Part shown: one piece after another, positions 9,701 to 19,506 of the stretch
How the letters are laid out: each line of letters starts with the position of its first letter
Position numbering within the stretch: position 1 is the stretch's first letter
Origin: a virus
Taxonomy: Duplodnaviria > Caudoviricetes
Length of the DNA: 53,373 bases
Virus record (IMG/VR): IMGVR_UViG_3300041964_000194
Coordinates: 1 to 53,373 of that record
Direction: 5' to 3' (one strand)
Position numbers and translations under genes: made by a program
The notes under the pieces: generated by a model
What the model saw: only the letters and a program-made list of their open reading frames with translations
What the model was told of the DNA's origin: nothing
Databases searched by the model: none

Positions 9701-11016
9701 ATGCCCAATTTCAGAACACGATCGAGTGTAACCAGAACGAGGTCCGCAACCTAAAGCTTCACAACCTGGCGTCAGCTCCCACCTCGCCGACAGCGGGTCA
9801 GATGTACTTCGACACCACGCTGAACAGGCCGCGAATTTGGAGCGGATCGGCGTGGCTCAACCTCGAAGGCAATGCCGTCACCTCGGTTGGGGCGACTGCG
9901 CCGATCGCCTCTAGCGGCGGACAGGCTCCCACTATTTCGATTAGCCCTGCAACCCAATCAGCCGCAGGCAGCATGAGCGCGGCGGACAAAACCAAGCTCG
10001 ATGGCGCGACGGCTATAAACACGGCCAGCGCGATCGTGCAGCGTGATTCGAGCGGCAACTTTGCAGCCGGAACCATTACAGGAAACCTCACAGGCACAGC
10101 CAGTAACGCTTCCAACCTCAACAACCAGGCTCCCAGCTTCTACACCAATCGCGCCAACCAAACTGGCACGCAGACTGCCAGCACAATCTCAGACTTTGAT
10201 TCTTCCGTGCGATCGAGTCGCTTGACCAAATGGCCGCTCCAACGACGAAGCCTCTCGCTCAACTCGCAGCGCATCACTGGACTGGCCGACCCGCAGAACG
10301 CGCAAGATGCTGTCACCAAAGCGTATGCGGACGCGCTCAGCAACGGGCTGGACGTGAAGCAGTCAGTGCGTGTGGCGACGACTGCGAACATCAACCTCAG
10401 CGCTCCAGGAACGGCGATCGACGGCGTGACGCTGGCAAATGGCGATCGCGTCCTGGTAATGAGCCAAACGACCGCAAGCCAAAACGGGATCTACTTCTTC
10501 AACGGCTCGGCCACGGCGATGACGCGATCGGCAGATGCCGACGCGAATGCCGAAGTCACAGCAGGGTTGTTCGTCTTCGTGGAAGACGGCACAACCAACG
10601 CCGATGCTGGCTTCACCCTGACCACCAACAACCCGATCGTCGTTGGCACAACCGCGCTGGCCTTCGCTCAGTTTTCGGGCGCAGGGCAAATCACAGCCGG
10701 AGCGGGTCTGGTCAAGACTGGCAACCAGCTCGCAGTCGGAGCCGGAACCGGAATCGCCGTCAGTACGGGCACAGTGGCGATCGATACGGGCGTCGTCGTT
10801 CGTAAGTTTGCTCAGAACATTGGAGACGGCACGAGTACGGCGATCGCGATTACGCACAACCTCAACAGCCGCGACGTGACTTGGCAGGTTTACCTAAATT
10901 CGGGCACTTTTGACGATGTGATCCCTGACGCCCAGCGCACATCAGCAAATGTTCTGACCCTGCTATTTGCCACGCCGCCAACCGCGAATCAGTATCGTGT
11001 CGTAGTCCACGTTTAA
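9701..11016 (+). CDS. Virion fibre or decoration protein
   Basis: Start is probably ATG 9701 (one indel). Thr/Ala/Gly-rich, with RITGLADPQNAQDAVTKAY, SVRVATTANI, GDRVLV..QT..SQNGIY and a C-terminal ITHNLN domain. Confidence 0.75.
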
Positions 11017-11019
11017 CCG

Positions 11020-11811
11020 ATGCCACAATTTCTCAACACAGTTATCACTCCAGCTCTGAACAGTACGGGACTGCTGCAAATTCCGATGGGTTCGCCGGAA
11101 GGCTTGACGCTCAGCCCGAACAGCACAATCCCCGATCTACAGCTCGATATCGCGCCTGGAAGGGCGATCGTTGCAGTAGGCAGCAATCGATACGTTGCGA
11201 TCAACAGCTCAACCATGACCAAGCGGCTCGATGCGGCTTGGTCGATCGGCAGCGGCAGTGGCGGCTTGTTTTCGGGCCGTGGCGCAGGCAATACGACCTA
11301 TCACGTCTTCATCATTCGGCGAGCGACCGATGGGGCGATCGACTTTGGCTTTGATGCTTCGGCATCTGCGGCGAACGCTCCGAGCGGCTGGAACGCCCGG
11401 ATGATTGGATCGATCCGCACTCTGGCAAACGCATGGATTCGAGGTTTTTTTCAGGCTGGCGATCGGTTTCAGTGGACGACAGAAGGGGTAATTGATCTTG
11501 CGACTGGCACAACTTCCACTTCAACCACAAACCTGCAAGCGCTGACCGTCCCGACAGGGATTCGGGTCTGCCCGTTTGGAATCACTGATCACTTCAATCC
11601 TTCGAGCGTTGCGGGTCTTTTCCTTAGTTCTCCAGACGCATTCAGTGCGCAGCGCCACGCTTACAGCGCAGCAGTGAATACTCAGGAGCGTACTCCGTTT
11701 TTGACTCTCTCCAATACCAGCGGCCAAGTCCGGCTGTATTCTCCAGTAGCAAACACGAATACAACGATCTACACCTACGGTTTCTTCCACCCTAGAGGAG
11801 CGTGGAGCTAA
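11020..11811 (+). CDS. Tail fibre or receptor-binding-like protein
   Basis: Beta-rich 263 aa with TYHVFII and RMIGSIRT segments, as seen in phage fibre domains. Confidence 0.6.
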   Translation: MPQFLNTVITPALNSTGLLQIPMGSPEGLTLSPNSTIPDLQLDIAPGRAIVAVGSNRYVAINSSTMTKRLDAAWSIGSGSGGLFSGRGAGNTTYHVFIIRRATDGAIDFGFDASASAANAPSGWNARMIGSIRTLANAWIRGFFQAGDRFQWTTEGVIDLATGTTSTSTTNLQALTVPTGIRVCPFGITDHFNPSSVAGLFLSSPDAFSAQRHAYSAAVNTQERTPFLTLSNTSGQVRLYSPVANTNTTIYTYGFFHPRGAWS

Positions 11812-12235
11812 TGCCTTTCGGAAAATATGATGCGGCTGGCAATCCGATCGGCTATGCAGAAAATGCTCCTCCGACCGCAGAGGCGGAGCTTTGGAATTTG
11901 TCGCAGAGAACGATCCAAAGATGCAGGCGTTTCTAAATCCTGTAGTGCCCAGTCCGCCTGACTGGAACGGCTTTTTTGAACGGCTGGAGGCGTCTGATAT
12001 TGCCATGCAAATTATGAGTTCACGGTCGCCTGTCCTCATGTGGCTGGCCGTTGAGTTTGGGAAGCGATCGACAGACAGCATCGACGCTCAGCGGCTTCTG
12101 AACTATTGGAATCAAACCATGCTGGGGCTGAGTAGCCGATTGAGCAGCGAGCAAATCGAACGCCTAAACAGTTGGGCGATCGAGTTCCGGCTGCCCGTTC
12201 GGGCGCTGCCAAACAGCAACCTGGCAATGGTGTGA
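11811..12235 (+). CDS. Fibre-associated hypothetical protein (frameshifted 5' end)
   Basis: TAATG overlap at 11811 (MPFGKYDAAGNPIGYA...) joining ORF 11891-12235. Confidence 0.5.
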
Positions 12236-12258
12236 GCTGACCGAGCCAAGCCCGCAGC

Positions 12259-12269
12259 GTAGGAACGAT
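12259..12269 (+). promoter_or_regulatory. Late motif GTAGGAACGAT upstream of endolysin
   Basis: Intergenic, ending 24 nt before ATG 12294. Confidence 0.6.
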
Positions 12270-12431
12270 CGCCTGACGAAATTGGAACTTGCAATGGCGC
12301 GATCGATTAATGCAGAAGGCTTGGCGCTGATTAAGAGCTTCGAGGGCTGCCGACTGACGGCCTATCGCTGTCCGGCTGGCGTCTGGACGATCGGGTACGG
12401 TTCAACCGCAGGCGTGAAGGCTGGGCAACTA

Positions 12432-13396
12432 TAGCTATCACCAAGACTGTTAGGACACAGCATCCTTCAGAACCGACTCCATGACTTGCCGTAAAGAGCT
12501 AGAGCTAGACAAGCTTTTGCGAATGCGGCTTTTCAGCCAAGCCCAACACTTTTCAATCCGATTGAAATCTGGAGAATAAGCAGGTAGATACAACAAACGA
12601 CACCCCTTAAACTCAACCAGTTGAGCAATCCGTCCCCCATGATGAAACGTTGCGTTATCTAGAATCAAAACCTTTCCTGGCTTGAGTGTGGGCAGTAAAC
12701 AGGTTTCTAGCCAAGTTTCAAACACGACTCGATTACACGAACCATCGACGGTAAAAGCAGCACTCAATTGGTGCTCACAGTAAGCGGCGATCATATTGAT
12801 GCGTTCACTGCGCCGCCCTGACCTGAGTGCTTCAAAGCGCACTCCGCGTTCACACCAACCATAGGCATAATCGTCTCGTTCATCCATGCCTGATTCATCG
12901 AGATACACCCGGTCACAAACAGGCACCTGAGCAAGTTCTTCTAGAAATGCTGCTCGTTTGTCCTCATCCCGTTCTCGATAGCCATACGTCTTTTTTTTCG
13001 ACTCAAACCCAGCTTCTGTAACGCCCTGGCAATCGTACGGTCACTGATTGGGTCGTCCCACAACTGTGCCATCTGCTTTTGGGTTTTACCCCCATGCTGC
13101 TTAGCAAACTCGGCAAACTTGTCCCAATCGGTAATTTTGCTGGGCGTCTGATGCGGACGAGTGGTTTTGGCTTGATAATCTCCAGTGGTCTTCCGCCGCT
13201 TGAGCCACAAGTTGATGGTGTTGCGACTGATCCCAAACACTTGGGCAGCTTCGCTCTGCTTCATGCCGTCTAATTGGATGGCGTTGATCACCTTTTGTCG
13301 CAAGTCATAACTGTAGGCTTTTGCCATAAACACATTCAGGTTTTCTAGAGGGGGAGTTACCTCTAGTCTATGTCCTAACTGTCTTGGCGATAGCTA
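12432..13396 (-). mobile_element. IS630-family insertion sequence
   Basis: Terminal IRs TAGCTATCACCAAGACTGTTAGGACACAG and TAGCTATCGCCAAGACAGTTAGGACATAG (3 mismatches); TA duplication at 12430-31 and 13397-98. Confidence 0.93.
12450..13333 (-). CDS. IS630 transposase (HTH orfA plus DDE orfB, -1 frameshift at A8G)
   Basis: orfA begins AYSYDLRQKV; orfB has YLDESG, ILDNA and FNRIE. Slippery run at 12990-12998 gives the -1 frame KKTYGYRERDEDKR. Confidence 0.9.
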
Positions 13397-13720
13397 TATC
13401 ACCCAGGCTGAGGCTGAAGCGCTGCTGCGGAAAGATTTGCTGCGGTTTGAGGTCGGAGTTGAAGTGGCCGTCGAAGTGCCGCTGACCGACAACCAGTTTG
13501 CAGCGCTGGTCAGCTTCGCCTTCAACGTGGGACTGGGCGCGCTCAAATCTTCGACGCTGCTGGCGCGGCTCAACGCTCGAAACTACAGCGAGGCCGCTGC
13601 TCAGCTCGATCGCTGGAATAAGGCCAGCGGGCGCGTGCTGGCTGGCCTGGTGCGACGGCGTGCGGCTGAGAAGGCGCTGTTCCTGAAGCCATAGAGCCAA
13701 ACTATCAACAACTCCCCTAC

Positions 13721-13741
13721 AGCCGCCTCCAGGCGGCTTTT
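13721..13741 (+). terminator. Terminator after endolysin
   Basis: AGCCGCC-TCCA-GGCGGCT followed by TTT. Confidence 0.65.
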
Positions 13742-13747
13742 CGCTGG

Positions 13748-13758
13748 GTAGGAACGCT
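13748..13758 (+). promoter_or_regulatory. Late motif GTAGGAACGCT upstream of MuF gene
   Basis: Lies between the terminator and ATG 13765; its final T is at -7 relative to the A of ATG. Confidence 0.6.
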
Positions 13759-13764
13759 GACCGT

Positions 13765-16415
13765 ATGCCCAGCAAACCAGCAGCCGAATTAATCGCCAGA
13801 ACCGATCGCGCCCTCCAAGGATTAGAGGACTCCGCGATCGAAAGAATCAATGCCGCGCTCGACGCCAGCTATCTGCGGCTTGAGCGCGACTTAATCAAGG
13901 CTTACGAGCAGCACGCTGGCAACCTCTCGCTGCTGCCAAATCAGCGCAAGCTGCTGGTGCTGACCCAGGTCAAGGATTTACTGCGGCTGGTCGATCCCAA
14001 GTCGGCCAAGCAAATCCAGAAGGAATTTCAAAATTTACTGCGCGGCTCAACCGAGCAGGGGCGATCGCTCGCTGCTGCACTGACCGAGGCAATCGGCAAC
14101 GAGAAGGCAGAGACCTTCGCCGATGTGCCGATCGAGGCATTGCGGTTTCAAGCTGAGCAGGGCGTCAAGCGATTGGAGCGGCATGGCGAGGAGTTCGCCT
14201 CTAAAGCGAGCGCGATCGTTGAGCAGGGATTAGTCCAAGGCTGGGGCGCGCGCAAAGTCGCCACGATCATGCGTGGGGAGCTGGGAATCACGAAGGGAAG
14301 GGCAGAGCGAATCGCCCGAACCGAGTCGATTAATGCCCTAGACTCTGCCACCCGATCGAGCTATCAGCAGAACAATATCGCTTACGTGCAACGTATCGGC
14401 ACGGTCGATCGGAGGACGTGTCCTTTCTGCGCGGCAAGAGTGGGCAACGTTTATCCGGTCGATAAGGCTCCAGCGACTTTACACCCGAATGACAGCTGCT
14501 ATAACGCGCCGTGGAAGCGAGAGTGGGTCGAGGCTGGGCTGGTCGATACAGCCTGGATTGACAAGCACCGTGCTGACGTTTTGGCGCAGCTTGAGGCGCA
14601 AGGCAAACAGCCCAACCCAGGCGTTGCGCCGTTTGAGAAAGCAGCCGGAGCAACAGAACCGCTGAAGCCCTACTGGAAGCCTGGAGACAAGCTGCCGCGA
14701 GCGACCAAGCCCAAGCAGACCCAAGGCAGAACCGAAGCAACCCAAGGCCAAGGCCAAGACCAAGGCCAAGACCAGCACCAAGGCCACGAAGCCAGCGACG
14801 GAGTTCCCGCAGACCATAGACGGCTTGGAGGTGGTCGATCGCTGGGTGGCAGTACGGGCGCAACGCTAGTTCGTGACCCTGCATCCGGCCAGCAGTTCGT
14901 GCTGAAGCGTGGCAGCAGCCCAGACCACTTGCGCGAAGAGGCGATCGCAGATGAAGCGTATCGCGCCCTCGGCGTGCCAGTACCAAAGTCGAAGATCTAC
15001 GAAACCAGTGCGGGACCCGCGAAGCTGGCTGAGTTTATTGAAGGGCGATCGCTTGCCGAAGTGCTTTCAAGCCGCTCCAAAGAAAGCCAGCGAGTGCAGC
15101 AAGAATTGCAGAAACACTTTGCTGCTGATGCGCTCCTGGGTAACTGGGATGTTGTTGGCATGGAACTCGACAATGTGCTGGTCGCCAATGACGGCACGGT
15201 CTATCGCATCGACAACGGCGGATCGTTGCGATATCGAGCGCAAGGTGGGCTAAAGGGCGATCGCTGGAATGGATACCCAACAGAGCTGTGGTCGTTGCGC
15301 GATAAGAGCGTTAATGCCCAGACTGCACAATCCTTCGGCAACCTCACCTTTTCGGCTCTGGCTGGTCAGATTGAGGAACTGGCAACGAAGGAAGACGCAT
15401 TGCTTAAGGCGCTGCCCAAAGAACTGAAAACCACGATGCAGAAACGGCTGGCAGAGATGAAGCGAGTCGCCGACATCAACAACACGCTCGTGGCCGACCA
15501 GTGGAAGGAGAGCTACATCGACAAATTTACGCGCCACAGCATGGGACTGCGAGCGACTCCGGGAGTTGTCGATCGCCTGCCGCAAGAACTGAAGCAAAAA
15601 GGTGGCAAAGGGGTGCGGGTGTTCGACGAGAAGAAGCGCGAGTTCGACCACCTGCGTGGCGATAAATCGATCATGTATGACGTGCAGAAGTACATCGAGC
15701 GATCGGGTGGCAATTACAAACTGCTGCAACGCTGGATGAGCGCGCAGGCTGGATCGTCCTGGTCGATGATTCTCAGGCGCTCAAGTGGTTCTTAGCCGAA
15801 CAGCGCAACGCCAGCAATGAAAACTATTACTGGCGCGAGGGTGCTGACACCGCCAAAGGTCACCACAAACGAATCACAGGGCAGTTTGGAGCAGACAAAT
15901 TTACCGAGAGCTTTGCCGCATGGCACGCCTTCAACTATGAGCTGGTGAGTAACGTTCGCTTCGCCAAAAACAATGCAGAGACGCGCAGTATTCAACTGAT
16001 GCGAACTGAAGACCCGAATGTCATACAGAAGATTTATGGATTCAAACGCGGCGATCGCAACCTCCGAATGCAACGTGGTGCAGCAGAATCGACCTCAATT
16101 TATGAGCAAGTCAAAGTTTTTGGTTCAGAGGTGACTGTTCAAGAGGTTCCTTGGCATCGCGTCTTAGGCTGCTACTTCTATGAGCGGGTCTTGGGATCTG
16201 GCGGCACGGCATTCATGGGAGACGACGAAAACGAGTTCGTCTGCCTGCTCGATGACATTCCTTTCGACTACACCATGCCGAGCAGCCAGCCAGCCAGCAC
16301 CAGCACCAGCAAACCTGCCAGTACGACCAAGACCAAGACCAAGGCGAAGCCGAAGAGCAACCCGTCATTCCTGGAGGAGCTGGAAGCCCTGGCTAAGGAA
16401 ATCGATCCTGATTAA
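13765..16415 (+). CDS. MuF/gp7-type minor head protein fused to kinase-like and ADP-ribosyltransferase-like domains (~880 aa, indel at ~15765)
   Basis: MuF motifs RAERIARTE, DRRTCPFC, HPND.C; kinase-like LGGSTGA, FVLK, DALLGNWD...DN, RIDNGGSL; ART-like LMRTE, ESTS, ENEF. The reading frame continues across one indel (DDSQALKWFLAEQRN...). Confidence 0.75.
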
Positions 16416-16422
16416 CTAGAAC

Positions 16423-16701
16423 CTAGACCGGACCAGGCTCAAAGCGACCGTCCTGGACTGCCTGCCCAAACTCGTCATACAGCCGCAGGATCTCAGGATC
16501 GTTCGTGAATCCGCGCAAAGTCAGGCTGCCAAACACGATCGCAGGAAGTACTGACTCAAATTCAGCGCCCAAGAAAATGATCCCTGCCTCGTATAGGGTG
16601 GGCTTTTGCTCTAGAAAAATTCGAGCAAGGCGACCATTAATTTCTACTTCCAGGACGGAATAGCCCTGATCTTGAACATAGCGTGGGTTGCGAATTTCCA
16701 T
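16423..16701 (-). CDS. Hypothetical protein convergent with MuF gene (candidate immunity)
   Basis: MEIRNPRYVQDQGYSVLEVEINGRLARIFLE...; its stop lies 7 nt from the MuF stop. Confidence 0.6.
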   Translation of the reverse strand: MEIRNPRYVQDQGYSVLEVEINGRLARIFLEQKPTLYEAGIIFLGAEFESVLPAIVFGSLTLRGFTNDPEILRLYDEFGQAVQDGRFEPGPV

Positions 16702-16750
16702 AAGGTGATTGTAGTCGCAACCCACAGTCGCTGCGTGGTGTTAAATCGGC

Positions 16751-17170
16751 TCAAACAACCTGTGGCAGCAAGTCTAGGGCGCTGAGCATCTGTGACTTAC
16801 TGAGATGTTTACCTTCTGAAGTTGCATTGCGCCACTCAATCCCGTTGCGCTTGCAGACCGGGCGAAGCTGCTGGGCGTTGAGCGATCGCCACCAAGCGAC
16901 CTGCGGCTGACGGCGAGTGAAGGTGACGATGCGATTCCACTCCGCAGCCGGAGCAGGCAGCGCATCCGGTGAAGTGGCGGCGAAGGCTTCATCCCAAGCG
17001 GCCAGCAGCTCGGCATCAGACTTGATATCAGGCTCGATCGATTGCGGCTCAGTGACGGCAGCAGTTGAAGCGGTGCGCTGCCAGCAGTGCGCAAGGTGAA
17101 CGGCGAAGGCGATCGCGAAGTAGGCAGTAGGTGCTAGGACGATCGCGTTGCAGATGATGTGGTTAAGCAT
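16751..17170 (-). CDS. Hypothetical protein with N-terminal TM and C-terminal SAP/Rho-N-like helix pair
   Basis: Hydrophobic N-terminus; C-terminal LNAQQLRPVCKRNGIEW...LSKSQMLSAL; AAGGA RBS before ATG 17170. Confidence 0.6.
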   Translation of the reverse strand: MLNHIICNAIVLAPTAYFAIAFAVHLAHCWQRTASTAAVTEPQSIEPDIKSDAELLAAWDEAFAATSPDALPAPAAEWNRIVTFTRRQPQVAWWRSLNAQQLRPVCKRNGIEWRNATSEGKHLSKSQMLSALDLLPQVV

Positions 17171-17308
17171 TGAAGTTCCTTGAGAATGTGTCGGTTGCCC
17201 TCTCTGCATTCACCGCTCTTGCTTTGCGGAGTTTCCAGGCTTGAGACTGGCGTTGGCTGCATTAGGCAAGCCCTTAAGGGAGGGTCCTGACCCATGAATC
17301 TAAGATGC

Positions 17309-17352
17309 CATGATATCGCGGCAACGTCAAGCGGTCTTGCCGCGATATCATG
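17309..17352. promoter_or_regulatory. 16-bp perfect inverted repeat (operator) between divergent genes
   Basis: CATGATATCGCGGCAA-12 nt-TTGCCGCGATATCATG. Confidence 0.65.
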
Positions 17353-17357
17353 ACAGC

Positions 17358-17669
17358 ATGAGCAAAAAAGGCAATCCGAACCCCAAAACAGACCACCTGA
17401 AGGCGTACCAGAAGCAACCGAAGGGCGATCGCCCAATGGGAACGACAGTTGGCACGCGCTATCCGCAAGAAATCGACCAGCAGCTACGGGCGATGGAACC
17501 AGACGATCGCCAAGGATTTATTCGCGCTGCCGTCGCTGAGAAGCTGGCAGGGCAGTCGTCCGACCTCGATCGCCATATTCAAGCCGTGATAAATTCGCTG
17601 GAGCCGCAGGAGCAAGGCGCGGCGATCGCGCTATTTGAAAAGCTGCTGGAGCGGCTGAAGCAGCCCTAG
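17358..17669 (+). CDS. RHH/CopG-like small regulator
   Basis: MSKKGNPNPK...TVGTRYPQEIDQQLRAM...RQGFIRAAVAEKL fits a strand-helix-helix pattern. Confidence 0.6.
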   Translation: MSKKGNPNPKTDHLKAYQKQPKGDRPMGTTVGTRYPQEIDQQLRAMEPDDRQGFIRAAVAEKLAGQSSDLDRHIQAVINSLEPQEQGAAIALFEKLLERLKQP

Positions 17670-17693
17670 CGAAAAGCACGCCCGATCGCTGGC

Positions 17694-17704
17694 CTGGGAA
17701 CGAT
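17694..17704 (+). promoter_or_regulatory. Late motif variant CTGGGAACGAT
   Basis: Intergenic, ending 22 nt before ATG 17727. Confidence 0.5.
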
Positions 17705-17726
17705 CGAGCGTCGAACGGGCAGCACA

Positions 17727-18089
17727 ATGGTCAAGGTCAATCTGGATACGAAAGCGATCGAGAAGACGGCAACAGACGTCTTTCGGGAAGTTTGCTATTT
17801 GCAGGGACTTGAGTTCGTCAAGGTCATCACGGAGCCCGGAGCATTCGACGGCTTTCCGGACCAAGACATCGTGGACAAGGAGAATCTTCGAGCCAGCCAA
17901 GCGCTGACGTTTCCGCGCCCTGACATTGGCACATTTACTTGGTCGGTTGAATACGGAATTTTTGTGCGGTTCGGTTATCAGACGCGATCGGGCACGGAGG
18001 TGAAAGGTCGCGACTGGGTTGCGCTGGGTCTGGAGCGCTACGACTTCGAAGGCGCGCTGGCGAAGCTGCTGGCGTTCAAGCTGAAGTAG
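17727..18089 (+). CDS. Tail completion / HK97 gp10-like neck protein
   Basis: Position before tail genes; IVDKENLRAS and VEYGIFVRFG...GRDWV resemble gp10-like motifs. Confidence 0.6.
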   Translation: MVKVNLDTKAIEKTATDVFREVCYLQGLEFVKVITEPGAFDGFPDQDIVDKENLRASQALTFPRPDIGTFTWSVEYGIFVRFGYQTRSGTEVKGRDWVALGLERYDFEGALAKLLAFKLK

Positions 18090-18100
18090 GTAGGAACGAT
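18090..18100 (+). promoter_or_regulatory. Late motif GTAGGAACGAT
   Basis: Intergenic, ending 23 nt before ATG 18124. Confidence 0.6.
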
Positions 18101-18123
18101 CGGGCGACGAATTTGGTTGCTCG

Positions 18124-18555
18124 ATGATTGATGTTTTAGAACTGCGGGAGGCGATCGAAGACGCCCTCGCTGCTCACACTGGAATCTACACATACAGCGA
18201 CGGCTTAATCACTCCTGCCGTCTGGGTTGAGGATGGCGAGAACCTGCTGGAGCGATCGGTCGCTGGTCTGGAGATCGTGATTCAGCCCAGCCTGGACGTG
18301 CCGATCGTTCCAACTTTTGACGGCTATCAGCAAACATTCACGGCTGCGATCATGCTGAAGCAGTGGGACATCGAGAAGACCACGCTGGAAGCCATGCCGC
18401 TGCTGCTGGGAGCGCTGCACAGCCTGCCGCAGCTTCAGGTCGGGCAGCCGCGCCGCATCGTGCGATCGACCAAGCTTGACAACATCGAAACGCTGCGAAT
18501 CCCTGTCTCGCAGTCGTTCCTGACCCAAATCGAATTTGCCGACGACGAACCGTAG
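18124..18555 (+). CDS. Tail terminator-like protein
   Basis: Acidic 143 aa protein directly before the major tail gene; call is by synteny. Confidence 0.55.
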   Translation: MIDVLELREAIEDALAAHTGIYTYSDGLITPAVWVEDGENLLERSVAGLEIVIQPSLDVPIVPTFDGYQQTFTAAIMLKQWDIEKTTLEAMPLLLGALHSLPQLQVGQPRRIVRSTKLDNIETLRIPVSQSFLTQIEFADDEP

Positions 18556-18562
18556 GAACGCT
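18552..18562 (+). promoter_or_regulatory. Late motif GTAGGAACGCT upstream of major tail gene
   Basis: Overlaps the upstream TAG; ends 25 nt before ATG 18588. Confidence 0.6.
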
Positions 18563-18587
18563 CGCTCAGACTTTCTGAGCAAGCTTC

Positions 18588-19288
18588 ATGGCAAATTTTG
18601 TAATTGGTAAGGGCACAAAGGTTCGCATCGCCCTACTTCCACTCGGCGACCAGACCGAACCACTGACCGCAACGCTGACTACGGGCGCATCGCCAACCGT
18701 CAAAGACACCAGCTCGCCTGCAACCATCACCCTATCGGGAGCGATCGGAGATGGGGTCAAGATTCCGGCTGGCAATTATCTGTCGTTCAAGGCTCCCACC
18801 ACTGGCAAGCTCGTGCTGGTCAAGCTGGCTGCCGATGCGTCGAAGGCGCGAGCACTCTCAGCGTAGATGTAATCCCTGAAGAAATCGCCGCCTCGTCTGT
18901 CGCCGCCTTTCCATTGCGCCTCTCAGGTCGCACCAGCGCCAACCTCGATCGCAGTGGCAACCGCACCAGCGCCGTGGACTTCGACAGCGACGGCTACTCA
19001 ACCGGCTTAACCACCTCGATCGAACAAAAGCTCACGCTCAACGGCAACTGGCTCCCGTCCGACGCAGGCTTTGCCACAGCCGAACACGCCTTTGCCGAAC
19101 TGCGCGAAGTCTATGTCTGGTTGGAGCTGCCGCGCATCAGCGACGCATATTCAAAAGGCCGGATCTATCACGGTCCCGCTTCGATCGATTCCCTTCCCTT
19201 GGAAGTGGCAGCAGACGGCATCATTACCGGGAATATCGAGATCACCTTCAACGGTCGTCCTTCCTACACTCCCGACCTCCCTGTCTAA
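18588..19288 (+). CDS. Major tail tube protein (frameshift at ~18845)
   Basis: MANFVIGKGTKV N-terminus and ...ADGIITGNIEITFNGRP C-terminus, typical of siphovirus tube proteins. Confidence 0.7.
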
Positions 19289-19506
19289 TGCAGATCGCCC
19301 TGCTATCGGGTTCTGATGTTTTTGCCGTCTGCTGCTCAGTGGCAGACGGCAAGCTGGCCGTTGGGATTCTGGTTCTGTCCGAGGACTTTGAGCCAGGGAC
19401 GCACCAGCTTTGGCCGGAGGCAGGCGAGCCGATCGCCCTCGTCATTCCCAGCCTGCCTGTCGTGTCTTATGGAGTGGAGCTTGATGTCGTCGTATCTGCC
19501 GTTTGA
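19288..19506 (+). CDS. Hypothetical tail-region protein
   Basis: TAATG coupling with the tail tube stop; 72 aa. Confidence 0.5.
   Translation: MQIALLSGSDVFAVCCSVADGKLAVGILVLSEDFEPGTHQLWPEAGEPIALVIPSLPVVSYGVELDVVVSAV

Larger units (their letters stand above)
12294..13694 (+). pseudogene. GH24 phage lysozyme (endolysin) interrupted by IS630
   Basis: The 5' part MARSINAEGLALIKSFEGCRLTAYRCPAGVWTIGYGST and the 3' part ITQAEAEALLRKDL...NQFAALVSFAFNVG...GLVRRRAAEKALF flank the IS. Confidence 0.9.
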
